In this document: piece by piece, positions 11,561 through 24,000 of the stretch | Layout of the letters: each line of letters starts with the position of its first letter | How positions within the stretch are numbered: the first letter of the stretch is position 1 | Assembly: GCF_030028105.1 (NCBI RefSeq) | Contig: NC_092388.1 | Span: 10,874,508 to 10,938,507, forward strand | Source: Mobula birostris | Taxonomy: Eukaryota | Reading direction: 5' to 3' | DNA length: 64,000 bases | Notes under the pieces: generated by a model | What the model was told of the DNA's origin: nothing | Database searches by the model: none | Seen by the model: only the letters and a program-made list of their open reading frames with translations | Made by a program: the position numbers and the translations under genes

Positions 11561-13957
11561 TTAATCCACAAAAGAGTTTAAAAAGAGTGCCGCCAAGCTG
11601 CCAAAATGTGCAAATACTGTTATACCCCGGGATTTATTTATACAGTAGGTTGTAAATAGGATGAAAACATCTACGACAAATGACACTTGTAAATTCGGAC
11701 TGTGGTCGATGGAGTATATTCATTTTGAATCCATCAACTCATTTGTGAACAGATTAATTCCACTTCACAGAGGGTCTGAAAACCATTTGTACTTTAGTGT
11801 TTTATTTTTAATGTACAATAAGGCGTTTTAAATTGGTTATTTTCCACTCTATTCCTCAGCCCTACTGTGCAGTTTGCAGTACTGGAGAGCAATTAAAAGT
11901 TACTTGAAAACGAATCATTAAATATCTGCACATAAAATCGTGCATATAAACTACGTGCACAATACGTCCGCTCATCCACGCAACTATAACACAAATTCAT
12001 GCATTCAGACATATACGCAAGCAGTTTCATGCATATGATTGCACGTTAATTATTTATGGTGACTTCCTTTTCAAGAAGAGCAGGAGGAATCTCGTTAAAT
12101 GCAACACAACGAAGGAAAATAAAATCCATATCACATATATTTTATAATCAGAATTCAGATGATTATATTTAAAAACACCAACCTGACACTAAAAATATAT
12201 AATACATAATTAGGCAGGATAAGTTCGCCNNNNNNNNNNNNNNNNNNNNNNNNNNNNNNNNNNNNNNNNNNNNNNNNNNNNNNNNNNNNNNNNNNNNNNN
12301 NNNNNNNNNNNNNNNNNNNNNNNNNNNNNNNNNNNNNNNNNNNNNNNNNNNNNNNNNNNNNNNNNNNNNNNNNNNNNNNNNNNNNNNNNNNNNNNNNNNT
12401 CGCGCGGCTGTGATCTGGTCTGAATGAGAACAAGAGATTACTGAAATAAGCGATAATTTTATTTTGTATGAAGTCAGAAAATTATAGATTGCAAAGATGA
12501 TAACTCAGTGCAACATAAGATAGTGCATTTTAAATGTAGATAAGTATTAAATAGGGACGTCGTGAAATACCCGGTAAATTCATTCAAATAAGTTTTAGAA
12601 TCTGCATGAAATCATTAATAATTTATTTAAATTTGATAATGGTAACCAAATAAAAAGGTTTAAGGGGATACACGTTTATTTTTACACATACGTTGTCACC
12701 TACATAATATTTTAACATTGGGTCAAACTGCGACATTTAAGCATATAATTTTTTAAAGGGCAGTCTCTATAGGAACTTCCCCACATTGGTCTTGGAATGA
12801 ATAAGGGGGCGGCCGGCGTTAAAGAAGGCCTATTTATTACCAGAATCGGAATATTTAAAGAAATTCACTCAAGTTTATTTTGAAAGTCAAAAACGCACAA
12901 CCGCTTTTTGGAAGCATATTCGCTTTTACCTTTTGGAACAAAGCCGTGGCTCTTTCACCACGCTGAAAAGTGGTGTACATGGATTCAAAAGTTCGTCGGA
13001 TAGCCACAGAATTACGAACACGTGAATGATAATTATTTCACGATATATTTTCAAAAATGACGCTCGTAAATTGTATATATTTAAACGTGTATCCGTACGC
13101 GTGTGTTTGCACATTCTTGCCACAATGCTATGCTAATTTAGCAAAACTAGGCTTCCATTTTTTTAATAAGCTGCAGCGAGGAATCTGGAAGTTTTACAGC
13201 TCCATAAGAGATTACAAACTACAGCAAATGAGTTGTAATGGAATTTGATATAAAGGTATTTCAAAATATGTTGACAGCCAAGATATATATTATTATTCAA
13301 TCGCATTTCAAATATATGCTTCGTGATCAAGTGCTCGTTGCTACTTTGTCTATTGAAGTGTAAAGTTCACAGCTGCAGTTTCAATATGATCTGTTGCTGT
13401 GCAACATAATCTTAATGTTCCATAAAGTATTTTTTTCATGTATTTGCAACCGGCTGCCAATAACATTTAAATGTCTATTTAAATGTCATAGAAAAAAATG
13501 CTCATCGTTGAACGGGATAGGATTTCCAAAAATGCAAAATTTTCCAGATGACATGAAATTTGCCAAAATTTCTACTAAATATTGCGTTGCTACCCATTAT
13601 TGTGAATACGTCCTTCCGTCTCGATGTCCGTCTCCCTCTCTGCTGGCCTGTCTGCTTTCTGTCTGTCTGTTTTCCTGTCTATCTATTTATGCAATTGAGA
13701 AATTGTTAGTAATTGAATATTTATCGATTTTCAATCGTGCAAGATCAAATATGCCAGAACTGCTGAAGATATAACAGCAGAATTGTTTAGAGACCAGCAA
13801 TAATTGCAAAGCTTTATAAATCATTTTTATTTCTAAAATTTTGGCAATATTTGGAATTACGGCCACAATGTTTTGATATAATCGCATTAACGTGTATCTC
13901 GCTTTCTTTGCTTCTGCACGTCCTTCAATTCGATCTGTTACAACAATGCTGCGTATA

Positions 13958-14965
13958 ATGTACCCATGGATTCCTGGTAATAAAAAGAAAATAAGAATTT
14001 GGCATTGTTGATAAATAAACAGCATCAGTGCTTGATAGAGAAGGTTACAATTTAGTTAGATAACAGAATATAAGCATACTGACGATGTTGGACGGAATAT
14101 TATTATTTCTTCTATATTTAACAACAAATGCAACTAGGTCCACGCGTTCGGAATGATCATTGGACAACCGTACGAAGAAACTAGCAATCCTGGTAAATAG
14201 AGAAATATTGTGCCAAAGAAAATTGGAACAAAATAGTTTTGCCATTTTTCTGCTTCATGCTATTTGAAAATGATTTTTATGGAACTTTGAGGAACGTCGG
14301 TGTTCTTGGCGTGTATTTGACTTCAGTTAATAGCACAATTTTTATTATTATTGAAGTAATTTTGCATAGATGAAATGCTGATTTTATTCCGTTCAATTAC
14401 CTTACTTTTTAATTCAATTGCCCCTCTTCTATTGACTAGTGTCTCTTCAAGTTTTCGTCGGAGATCAATTATTTCTAATCATAGAACAATCGGTAGCGGT
14501 AACCTATTTTCTGCGAGGAATGTTTAGACTTAGAAAATATGATTTTTACACGTTATTTGATGGTTCTTCTCTCTGCTATATATATGCGTTCTGATTAAGT
14601 TAATTAAATTTACTTTAAAAATTATTTTTATATATTCTTCCGGCATCCTGTCAGTGTGTTAACAATCTTTGGCAGCCCGATTTCGGATTTATTTTAAGTT
14701 ATTTGTACTATAGGAAAAGTTTAGAACATAAAACCATCTCTCAAGCGGTTCCTGCGGTATTTACATTAGCACGTCGTTTCGTTTTAGGGATGTACAGGAA
14801 ATATGGAGATTACCAGCAGTTTTATAGCCTGGAGGTATATAAACTAAAGATTATTTTTTTAACGATCGAGAGACGAATGCAATCCAGCAACCTCCCGATA
14901 TAGCATCTTCGCGGATGCAAAGCCTAGAACTAGCCGGAGAGAACCAGAATTCAAAAGAAAATAAC
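13958..14965 (+). pseudogene. hoxa8: Decayed Hox paralogy-group-8 gene (psi-HoxA8)
   Basis: MYPWIP hexapeptide remnant with phase-1 donor G|GTAATA (13977); acceptor TTTCGTTTTAG| (14787); degenerate homeobox 14788-14965 in register with PG8, ending KENN; lies between HoxA9 and HoxA7. Confidence 0.7.
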
Positions 14966-16189
14966 ATTTAATAACATGAAAGCAAGTGCTTCTTAAAGGA
15001 TTTCAGACTCAAATGCAGAAACATATTTTATTGCAATAAGCCTTTACTTTTAACGTACCAGGTGCGTCGTTGTTAGACTGTGTGCCTGCTGTATGTACAG
15101 TGGCCTGGGGTTCCTTGCCTACGTATAACATCGAACAAATATAACAGTTAATCTTGCGCATTGAGGCAAAAGTTCGGCTAGGAAGCAACCAAAGCCAAAG
15201 TACAGCGACTGTCACAATTGCAAGGAAACTCGCTTCGGAGACACCTTCCATGATCTAATGAGAGAATTAGGAGACAGAGAGAATGAAAAAAAAGTTGTAA
15301 AACAGAAGGAGGAAATGATGCCGGGTTAAAGCCCCTGCGGGGATCTAGTCAGATTACCTAGCAACTCCAAGAGGTTTCCACAGAATATCTATGGCAGAGG
15401 AAATGCGGTGGTTTACAAAATGAAATTATGCATTTTGCTACATCAGTATGCAAACGTGATTGAATACATAAAAAGATCGAGAGTTCATAGCAGGAGCTGA
15501 TATCACAGGGACGCCCCGCCCAATTTCCTCGTAGCGTTACTGCGGGTTCTACCTCCTTTTTGCATTACTATTACCCATCAAAATCACACAGATTATCCCG
15601 TAATCTAGAGATTAGGTAGATGAACCTGATCATTAATTCCATAGGGCTCTGGTTACCACAGGCCTCCAACCCCTCCCCCATTCCCATATCCCTCTAATTT
15701 CATAGAGGAACTCATAATGCCGAATAACAGCAAACTCTTGCACAGACAGCGTGTGTGGAACAATGGAAGAGCGCCTGTCTTTTAATTGAAACCGTGTAAT
15801 GTCTACTTTTAACAAGGAAATTGTAGGAGATGTTTCGTAATTTTGATGTAATCGGTTTTCTTCTGTGTGTGAATTTTAGCTATTCCAGCAAGTAAAAGCA
15901 ATGTGTCCCCTTTTTTTTGTATCAAAGAAAACCTTTCATGACATTTCCAAATTCATCGCGCATCTCATTTTCAAAAGCGTTGGAGACATACCTGCGCTCA
16001 GAAAAATCTTCACATACGTGTGAGGGGGATTGGCTTGTCAAGAACTTGTTAGAAGATACTTACTTTTGGAAAGTTCCACAACCTATCTATATTAATAATG
16101 CAATCTTTTATATGATTCTTGCATAATTTATTTTGAAAATAGTCGAATAACATGATTTTTACCACCTGTGATGCGGAATGCTATTGGGC

Positions 16190-16346
16190 GACGGGATCAC
16201 ATGGTCGGGTCACGTGAATAGAAATAAGTCGGGCCGAAGGAAAATGGGTGTTTGGTGTAAATCGGGGGTGTAATGCTGCCATATATCACGCTATCTCGTA
16301 AAACCGACACTGAGGAGTCTCGGCCAACAAATCACCAGACAAAATT
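16190..16346 (+). promoter_or_regulatory. HoxA7 proximal promoter / conserved leader
   Basis: E-boxes CACATG and GTCACGTG, AAAATGG, TGGTGTAAATC, CATATATCA, TCGTAAAACCGACAC, typical of Hox7 promoters. Confidence 0.7.
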
Positions 16347-16740
16347 ATGAGTTCGTCGTATTATGTGAATGCTCTTTTTCCCAAATATACGGCGGGGACA
16401 TCCGTTTTCCAGAACACAAGTGGCTTTACTGAAGCAACTTCTTGTGCCTTTGCCGCGAACTCTCAGAGATCGAGCTATGGAGCGAGCGCGAGCGCCTTCC
16501 CAACCCCGATGGCCGGGTTGTACAATGTTAACAGTGCCATCTATCACGGCCCTTCCATGTACAACACGGGTTATAACCTAAATTCAGATTCCTACAACCT
16601 GCGCTGCTCTGCCTTAGACCAGAACATTCCAGTACTTTGCAGCGATCTGAGCAAACAGGGTTGCGAAAAATTGGACCAGACAAGCGTGCACCCTCAAGCA
16701 GAGAGCAATTTCCGGATTTACCCCTGGATGAGGAATGCAG
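16347..16740 (+). CDS. hoxa7: HoxA7 coding exon 1
   Basis: MSSSYYVNALFPKY start, FRIYPWMR hexapeptide, phase-1 donor CAG|GTATGG. Confidence 0.96.
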
Positions 16741-16888
16741 GTATGGGACATGAATGTAACTCGGCTATGGGAGACGTGCAAGCGGCCAGTTAAGATGAGA
16801 GCCAGTACATCCTGAAAGTAGTTAAAGAGTTTTAATGATAGCTGCGGAACAGTTCCTCAAACGCATGTGGCATTGTATGCAGATAGCA

Positions 16889-16936
16889 ATCATAAAACTT
16901 TTATTGCACAATTAATCAGTACAATCCTCGTAAAAG
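16889..16936 (+). promoter_or_regulatory. Intronic HB-1-like Hox/Cdx binding cluster
   Basis: ATCATAAAACTTTTATTGCACAATTAATC...TCGTAAAA at the 5' part of the HoxA7 intron. Confidence 0.6.
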
Positions 16937-17633
16937 CACTCGACATCCGCTCATTTAAGGTTAACAGCGAGGCACATATTGCTTATTTACTCACTTTAGT
17001 CAACATCAAATAAGCTTTTTAAAAACTGATACTCGGGAGGCAATATAGTCTTGAGCGTATGGAATGATATATTCCATGTCTAATGTAAGTTTACAGTTAA
17101 AACACAGTCGAAAGACTGAAAAAATTATACGTATTTTACCCCAAGAAAGATCCCTTGACCTATGTAAAGATTCAACCCTATAGATGTGAGTTCATCTTTA
17201 AAACGTACCATTAGGTACTGTAATGCAAGTGTAAATCTGCCCGGATTTGTGTGATTCTATTACTGGTCAACATACTTGAAGAACCTTTATTGAAACTGTA
17301 AGACATAAGTTACCTGTATTTTCTGATTAAATTGATATCCATAATCTTGAGTGAAATGTGTAGATCCTTAATGTTATTTCACTCTACTTGATAACAATTC
17401 TTAAAGACTACAGAGGCCTCCATTAAAGCTTATTCTCCTTGAATACACAGCCAGAAGAAAGAAACGCTTCGATCAAAATTGTTCATTTGCATCCTAAAGC
17501 TATTTAGAAATTAAATTTAGTCCATAGACAATTTAATGAAAGAGACAATTAGTCCACAGACAATTTAATAAGCAGACGTGGGGAAAGTTAGAGCGTCCAG
17601 TCGTGAATTAGACAGATTATCTATGTTTACTAG

Positions 17634-17933
<300 letters not shown>

Positions 17934-18002
17934 AATATCCATCTGAAGCTTGAACTGTGCGAATGTACAAAGCTGTTTCCCGACAGCTAACAATGACATT
18001 TA

Positions 18003-19028
18003 ACTACCTAGCCACAGTCGTGGACTATTAAAAAAAATGTTGTGCGTTGGCACTCATTATACTACCTATATGTTTCAATAGTCTTCTGAAATAAATAATA
18101 ATTTTGCTTTCTCTAATTTGGTTTTAATAAAAAAAATCCAAAATCTTGATCGGCATTAGTAAAACCATAAGAAGGAAATAGGTTCAGAATAAGTTCTTTC
18201 AATACTAAAGTGAAAGCAAATGGTTGTAGACCCTTTGCCCGGTGGTCACGTATTTTCCCCAGCTAATCCGAGAATCTCTTGTTGCAATATTTTAAAAAAA
18301 CACACAAATGAAAGGACAATTCTGAACCTCTGCACTCTACTTAAATAAGGGAATGGGATCCCGACTCTGTGCTCCAATAGTGGAGCGATAGGAACAATAT
18401 GAACCGATTAAAAAAAAAACAAACGGTAGCCATTGTATTAAATTCATTTACCACTCTGTGATATAAGATATATCTCATGCACTGAGCTATTTAGCAGTCT
18501 TATTTTACCTTCATTAATTCGCATCCTAAAATATTTTAAAACATTTCTGCATACCATTCACAAAGTAAGAACGTCGTGACTTTAGAGGCTAATTTCCAAT
18601 CCAACCAGAAACCAAGTATTGAGCCACTCTTTATCATGTATTGCAAGATCTGATGAGTTAAATGTTTTATTTCTGCTCAATTCCTCGTTTTTCTCTAGAT
18701 TGTTTATTGTGTTACTAGTGTGTCTTTTTATATGTATCGTCCCACCAGGGATGTAAAGCAATGGGTTGTATTCACTTGGCAATTAATTGTAAACTACCTA
18801 TACCACAGTAGTGGACATCTTGCACGTTTATGGAAACTACCTAAATGGATTAATTTAAAAAAATTGTTTCTAGACTGAGAATGTTCTTCTGGAGTCTTGA
18901 TTTTTCGCCCTTCTTATAACAGTACCATAATATGAGAGTACGACAGTGAAATATATTCCGATATGTGTGTATTTTAATGAGGTGTGTATGTAGTCACTTT
19001 ACAACAGAAACATAATGAATACTACCTA
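18003..19028 (+). promoter_or_regulatory. Five miR-196 8mer sites in HoxA7 3' UTR
   Basis: ACTACCTA at 18003, 18061, 18793, 18836 and 19021; AATAAA at 19179. Confidence 0.85.
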
Positions 19029-20439
19029 GAAGCCAGTTTACGTTTAACGCGAATGGAATCCTTTCGCAATATGCTTCAATACTATGCTGTACAAAGCAAA
19101 ATAGTTGTATTAGGAGGGAGAAATTGCATTATTACTTTTTGATGGGTGTCATTAAAATATATACTTGCTAAAGATTTCAATAAACCTTGTATTATTGACT
19201 GATGTAATCGTGTTTCTTTAAGTGTTGTATCAGTTGTCTTAGACATGTGTACTGTTTAAATTATATTAAAAAAATTAATAACCAAATGTAATAATAGAAA
19301 ACCCGAACTGCATCGTCAGCTGAATATATTGTGGTTCCATATTCGGTGTGGTATTTGTCAATCGAAAGTTTGCTTTGTAGTCTGTGTATGTGTTGTTCAA
19401 TAATAACCGATGTTAAAGGTTTAAGGTGCAATCTATTTAAATATATATATTCGTTCTTGACATGTATACTTTGAATGGAAACTGTGTAAGCAAAGAAAAC
19501 CCAGAAACATTAAAACGGTGCTTGAATAAACATGGTCTCAATTTCTTGTCTGAGCCATATACCGCCAAATGAGTGAGTATATGGTTCGTTATAAAGGTAT
19601 GGGATAGATAATTACTCACAAGAATTAAATATAAACATTAAATCTATGCATAACCCTTCATACATCGTCATACACCCATCACCTTCCAATAATCTCACTT
19701 TAATTATATTAAATTAAACATTGTTTTAAAACACCTTATCGGAAATCTTTATATTAATTAAAACACATGTAAGAAAAGTCGATTGTTAAAAGTGGGTAAT
19801 TGTGATCATAATTGGCCAGATGTTTTATTTTGAGCATGTCAATATTCAGACGGGATACATTCGAATTGAGAAATCCGGGAAAAGTTGTAGCTGAGTAATC
19901 AACATTCGATTCTAAATCGTGCCCATTTATCAATCTGGGAACATTGGAAGAAAAGTTTTTAAAAAATGAAGCAATATTGTACTCGGACTCAGTATAAAGA
20001 CAAATAAGAAGTGGGGTGAAGAGCCGAGTGTTCTATCATCGGCGACCTTTGAACGAATTTTCGGGCAAGTGCATCTATATACGTTGTGGATGCAGTGCGG
20101 CAGTGCGACCTGAAGTTGTGTCGCACGGTATGAACGAGCTGGGGTTCATTTTCCAACGGCACCATACTTAAATAAAATGGAAAACTGGGGAGGAAAACAG
20201 GAATGGAAAGCTTCGATTAAACATTAACACCGACTTGATGCGCTTTAATAAGAGCCTGGGTGCGGTAACAGTATTATCCTGTAAAAAAACCCCACGTATT
20301 AGAGACGAATATTACTATCATGATAACTTGTCTTCGGAAACTGGAAAAATATATTTAAACTGCGGAAAAAATCTTTTATAATTTCGCAATTTTAACTTGT
20401 CTCTTTGTTAAAAATGGCGTCTAGGACCTGCCTCCTAAT

Positions 20440-21015
20440 AGTCATGGGGAAATGTCATAAATCCGTTGTTGTTTTATGAAAATTTACAACTTTGCAATAG
20501 AACTTTACGAGTTGTTCGGTTTTTCCATTGGCCGCTGAAAGTCATGTGGAGAGTAACCGTGAACATGAACTTTTTATAATTTCCCTTGCGACTATAGAGC
20601 TGCATTCTTGTGCTAAACGCGTCTTGGTTCGGATGTGAGAGCTTGGAGGCTTTTATTTTCGCCGCATATTTTGTTCTTTTTTTCCCCCTCCCAGCGCACT
20701 GATTATTGTCCATGGAGCCTCAATGCATCCAAGCTTTCAGCACAGATCTCATGGCAGGCAACCTCGAATTCCTCCACAGAAGGTGGAGCATTGGACTAAA
20801 AAGAGCCGGCTGCTATCCGCAGGGCAGTTTCCTGCAAGTCGTCACTAAACGCCGCTGGCGGAATGCGAGAGCAATTGGCCCGGGTTGGATCTGAACGGAC
20901 AGCTGTCAAACTAACACGGACTCTACAACACAGTCTCAATGGGGATGAGTCAACCCTCCGCACGGCCTGCGCAGTGCCCGGGAAAGCCAGCCCGAGAGAT
21001 CGATTCGGCGACAAG
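20440..21015 (+). promoter_or_regulatory. Conserved Hox7-Hox6 intergenic promoter element (four-cluster-sequence type) with probable non-coding exon
   Basis: GTCATAAATC, TTTTATGA, TTTACGAG, reverse CCAAT (CCATTGG), CATGTG, TTTATAA; strong donor AAG|GTAAGG at 21016. Confidence 0.6.
20776..20789 (+). promoter_or_regulatory. Possible CTCF site between HoxA7 and HoxA6
   Basis: ACAGAAGGTGGAGC is an imperfect CTCF core in the same orientation as the other two sites. Confidence 0.4.
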
Positions 21016-24000
21016 GTAAGGCCCTCTCCCCATTCGTCACCTAGCAATTCCGTTAAAAAAAACCTTTTAAAGATATTATGCTAAAACCTGCTTTCTAAAA
21101 TTCTTAATTTGTCAAAGTTAAAGTCCACTTTGTAAAAGGGTCAACGACCTTCGGAATAACCAATTCCAAATATCACTTGGTTATGCATTTTTTAAGCAAT
21201 TTGAGTGTTGTCAGAGGCTGCTTTATTCTTTGAAATTGTGAAGTATGCTTTTGTTAAAAAAGAGTGTGAATAATACTATTGACGTGGTATGTTCTGGTTC
21301 ATCTGATCGACTCCGGCTTATTGGTTCAAAGTGTTTCAGGGGGAAAACACAGAACAAATCCGAAGAAGTGAAACATATTGCTTGATCGGTATTGTTTTCA
21401 AGAAGATACCGTATGGTAACAATTCTGCTTTATTTTTAACCACAGCTGTTGCACACTTTATAGAGTGAGAAACGTACATCTACTTAAGTTTAAAATAAGG
21501 TGCCGCTTGCAGTGATTGCGACGGCTTTCTTGCACCAATGAATTGATTATTTGTTTTGAATCGTCTTTTATCAATTAATAATTTTAGTTTAAGATACTAT
21601 ATTTTAAAATAATATTTCTATTATTTCTTTGGAAATTATCCGATAGCAACGCAATGAGCGTTCTCTGTTGGCGTTTACTTGAAGACGCCATCCGTAATTA
21701 TTAGAGGTTTATTGCTACGCTGATGTTGATAATGAATGTAAGGAAAGATCAAAGAGAACCTATTTTGGGTGTGAGCAGACAAAAGTGCCTGTTATTGTTG
21801 GATCTTAGCGCGGTGGTTGTCTTTCTGGCACTGAAACACTGTTGTCTGACTTAAAATGTGAAAATGTGTGGATATTGATGTTGGCTATGTTTTTGGACTC
21901 GATGCTGCCATCTTGTGTTTGGAGTGTGAACAAAACCTGCGCTCGGAGCAGCGCAGCGTCTCTTTCTGGTCATACGTTGTTGATTAAATGGTTGAGTTCA
22001 GTTCTCAAATTAACCGTTATGTAAGTTGTTTTGTGGACTCGTCCAGTAATCATTATTTTTGCTTACATAATGTCTGAATGTTCTGAATTCGATCCAAGAG
22101 CTTGGCGAAGCCCATTTACACGAAAGTAATGTATTAAATTTTAAACGGCTTTAGCTCTGATCGTCCAATTGCGCGCAAAAGAATAATAAGCTTTGTGAAG
22201 TGCATGTTTTGGAAAACCACCAGCAGCATGCAATGATTTTGAATATTTGTACATCAACAAATCGCCCCTATATTAGGCATTAAACTTTATGTGATCTCCA
22301 GTAATATTTATGCCAACCGTAGTTTGAACATAGTTGTGGTAAGAATAGAAAATTAGATTTAATAAGGACGTTGTAATTAATGAAAACTAAGAGAAATATA
22401 TCCCCGTTTACTATAAATCAGTGTAATTCTAAATAATAGTCTTAAATGTTACTAGCAATCAGTGTTTAAGGTGGCAAAGAGATTTTTTAAAACAGGCGTG
22501 GGACCGAAAGAAGAGCGAAAAATTAAATTAATCTAGAGCTTTAAAATAAGTGACTATGAAGTATGTTTTCGATTAATCGAACATTAAGTGGACAGACAAA
22601 TTTTGTATAAATACTGTAAGCTCAATTTATTTTAAAACTCTTCATAATAAAAAGGCTGCAAACACTACCTTCAATCAATTTAAACTGCCTACTTTTTCGA
22701 ATGTGTTGGAATTAATAGAAATAGTTGGGAGATTGTGGGACTTCTTCTCCTGACTTACATTTTTAATGCAGAATGTTAACGAGATGTGAACATATCAACA
22801 ACTAACACAAAATGCCAAGTGGGTAACATTCTGAATCACGGCCTCGAATTTCGTAGTTTCAGGGCCTGTATTGTATTATTTAGAAATTATGCGATGTTTG
22901 GTTTAATGTGTGCTTAAGTGTTAGTATATTATAAAATATTTATTGGTCGGGACAGTGATTATGCTATTCTACGTTAACTGTAAGCGCCAAACCAAGGCCC
23001 CAAATATACCTAATAGGCCAAGAAAAGCGCAAGGTATTTATGACTGGAATTACATCTGCTACGACTGTCTAGATTATACTAAACTTAATCACCCCCAGAA
23101 CGAAAAGTCTTTGCCAAAAATTCCCTCTCATTAACCAGATGATAAAATCTAATTTACATATCTTTGCGTTGACGGTAATATAACTTTAATGAAAAAAATG
23201 AACTTTAAAGGTACGAAAATTCCTAGCATTAATTTCTAAACTGAATGAGTTTGCAATATATTGGTTATTATCAGCTTTAGGAAGGTTTTGCTATTTGCAA
23301 GGAAATGCAAGTACGTCAACGGAAAGACTAACGGAATGATATTTTAACCTTTCCCAGACCAGTTACGATCTAGTTGCAAGTCGCAATAGAGTTAAAATTA
23401 ATTAGTACTCTGTCTCTAAACAGATGCATGCCAATTAAAAATCTGAGCCGAAAACTGCAGTGCAGTATTTAAATTGGTCTGCGTTGTTTTCCGTTTTAAT
23501 GACAAGAAGAAATTGTTACTGTTTAATATATTTGCTGAGCTCTTCGATTCAGATTTACGCTATTCTGCGTTCATGCTCTCATTATATTTATTGGCTTGTT
23601 TTCCTAAGTCATGGTCCAGCAGCAATTGTGAAGTGGTTATTAGCTATATCACCTAATAGGAAAATAATGGATATAGGTTACCACATTGCTCTTTAATCCA
23701 TCTTAAAGTGTCATATTTTATCTTTACCAACTTGTGAAAATTTCCTTTTTTTAAGAATACAGTGGTAGTGGTGGGAGGGGAGGGTGGGGTGTGGGTGGGG
23801 GGTCTTCAAAAACTAGCTGTCATGCTTGAGGCACGAATAAACGAAAGGCGAAAATAATATTTAAAACAAATCATGAGCAGAACAGATCAAACGTGGATGA
23901 GATAATTTCAAATTTATTAAAATCTTAGGTACAATTGCAAGAGGAGGCACACACGAGGAATTGCAACACAAGGTAAAATACTACAGAGCTGTTACTGAGG

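Noticed and set aside
12155-12433. ORFs spanning N-runs (also around 28339-28751 and 53106-53503)
   Set aside because: Open only because Ns hide stop codons.
14969-14984. AATAACATGAAA after the psi-A8 homeobox resembles the 3'-pairing part of the near-perfect Hoxb8 miR-196 site
   Set aside because: The seed match is absent, the motif is short and AT-rich, and it lies where coding sequence is expected.
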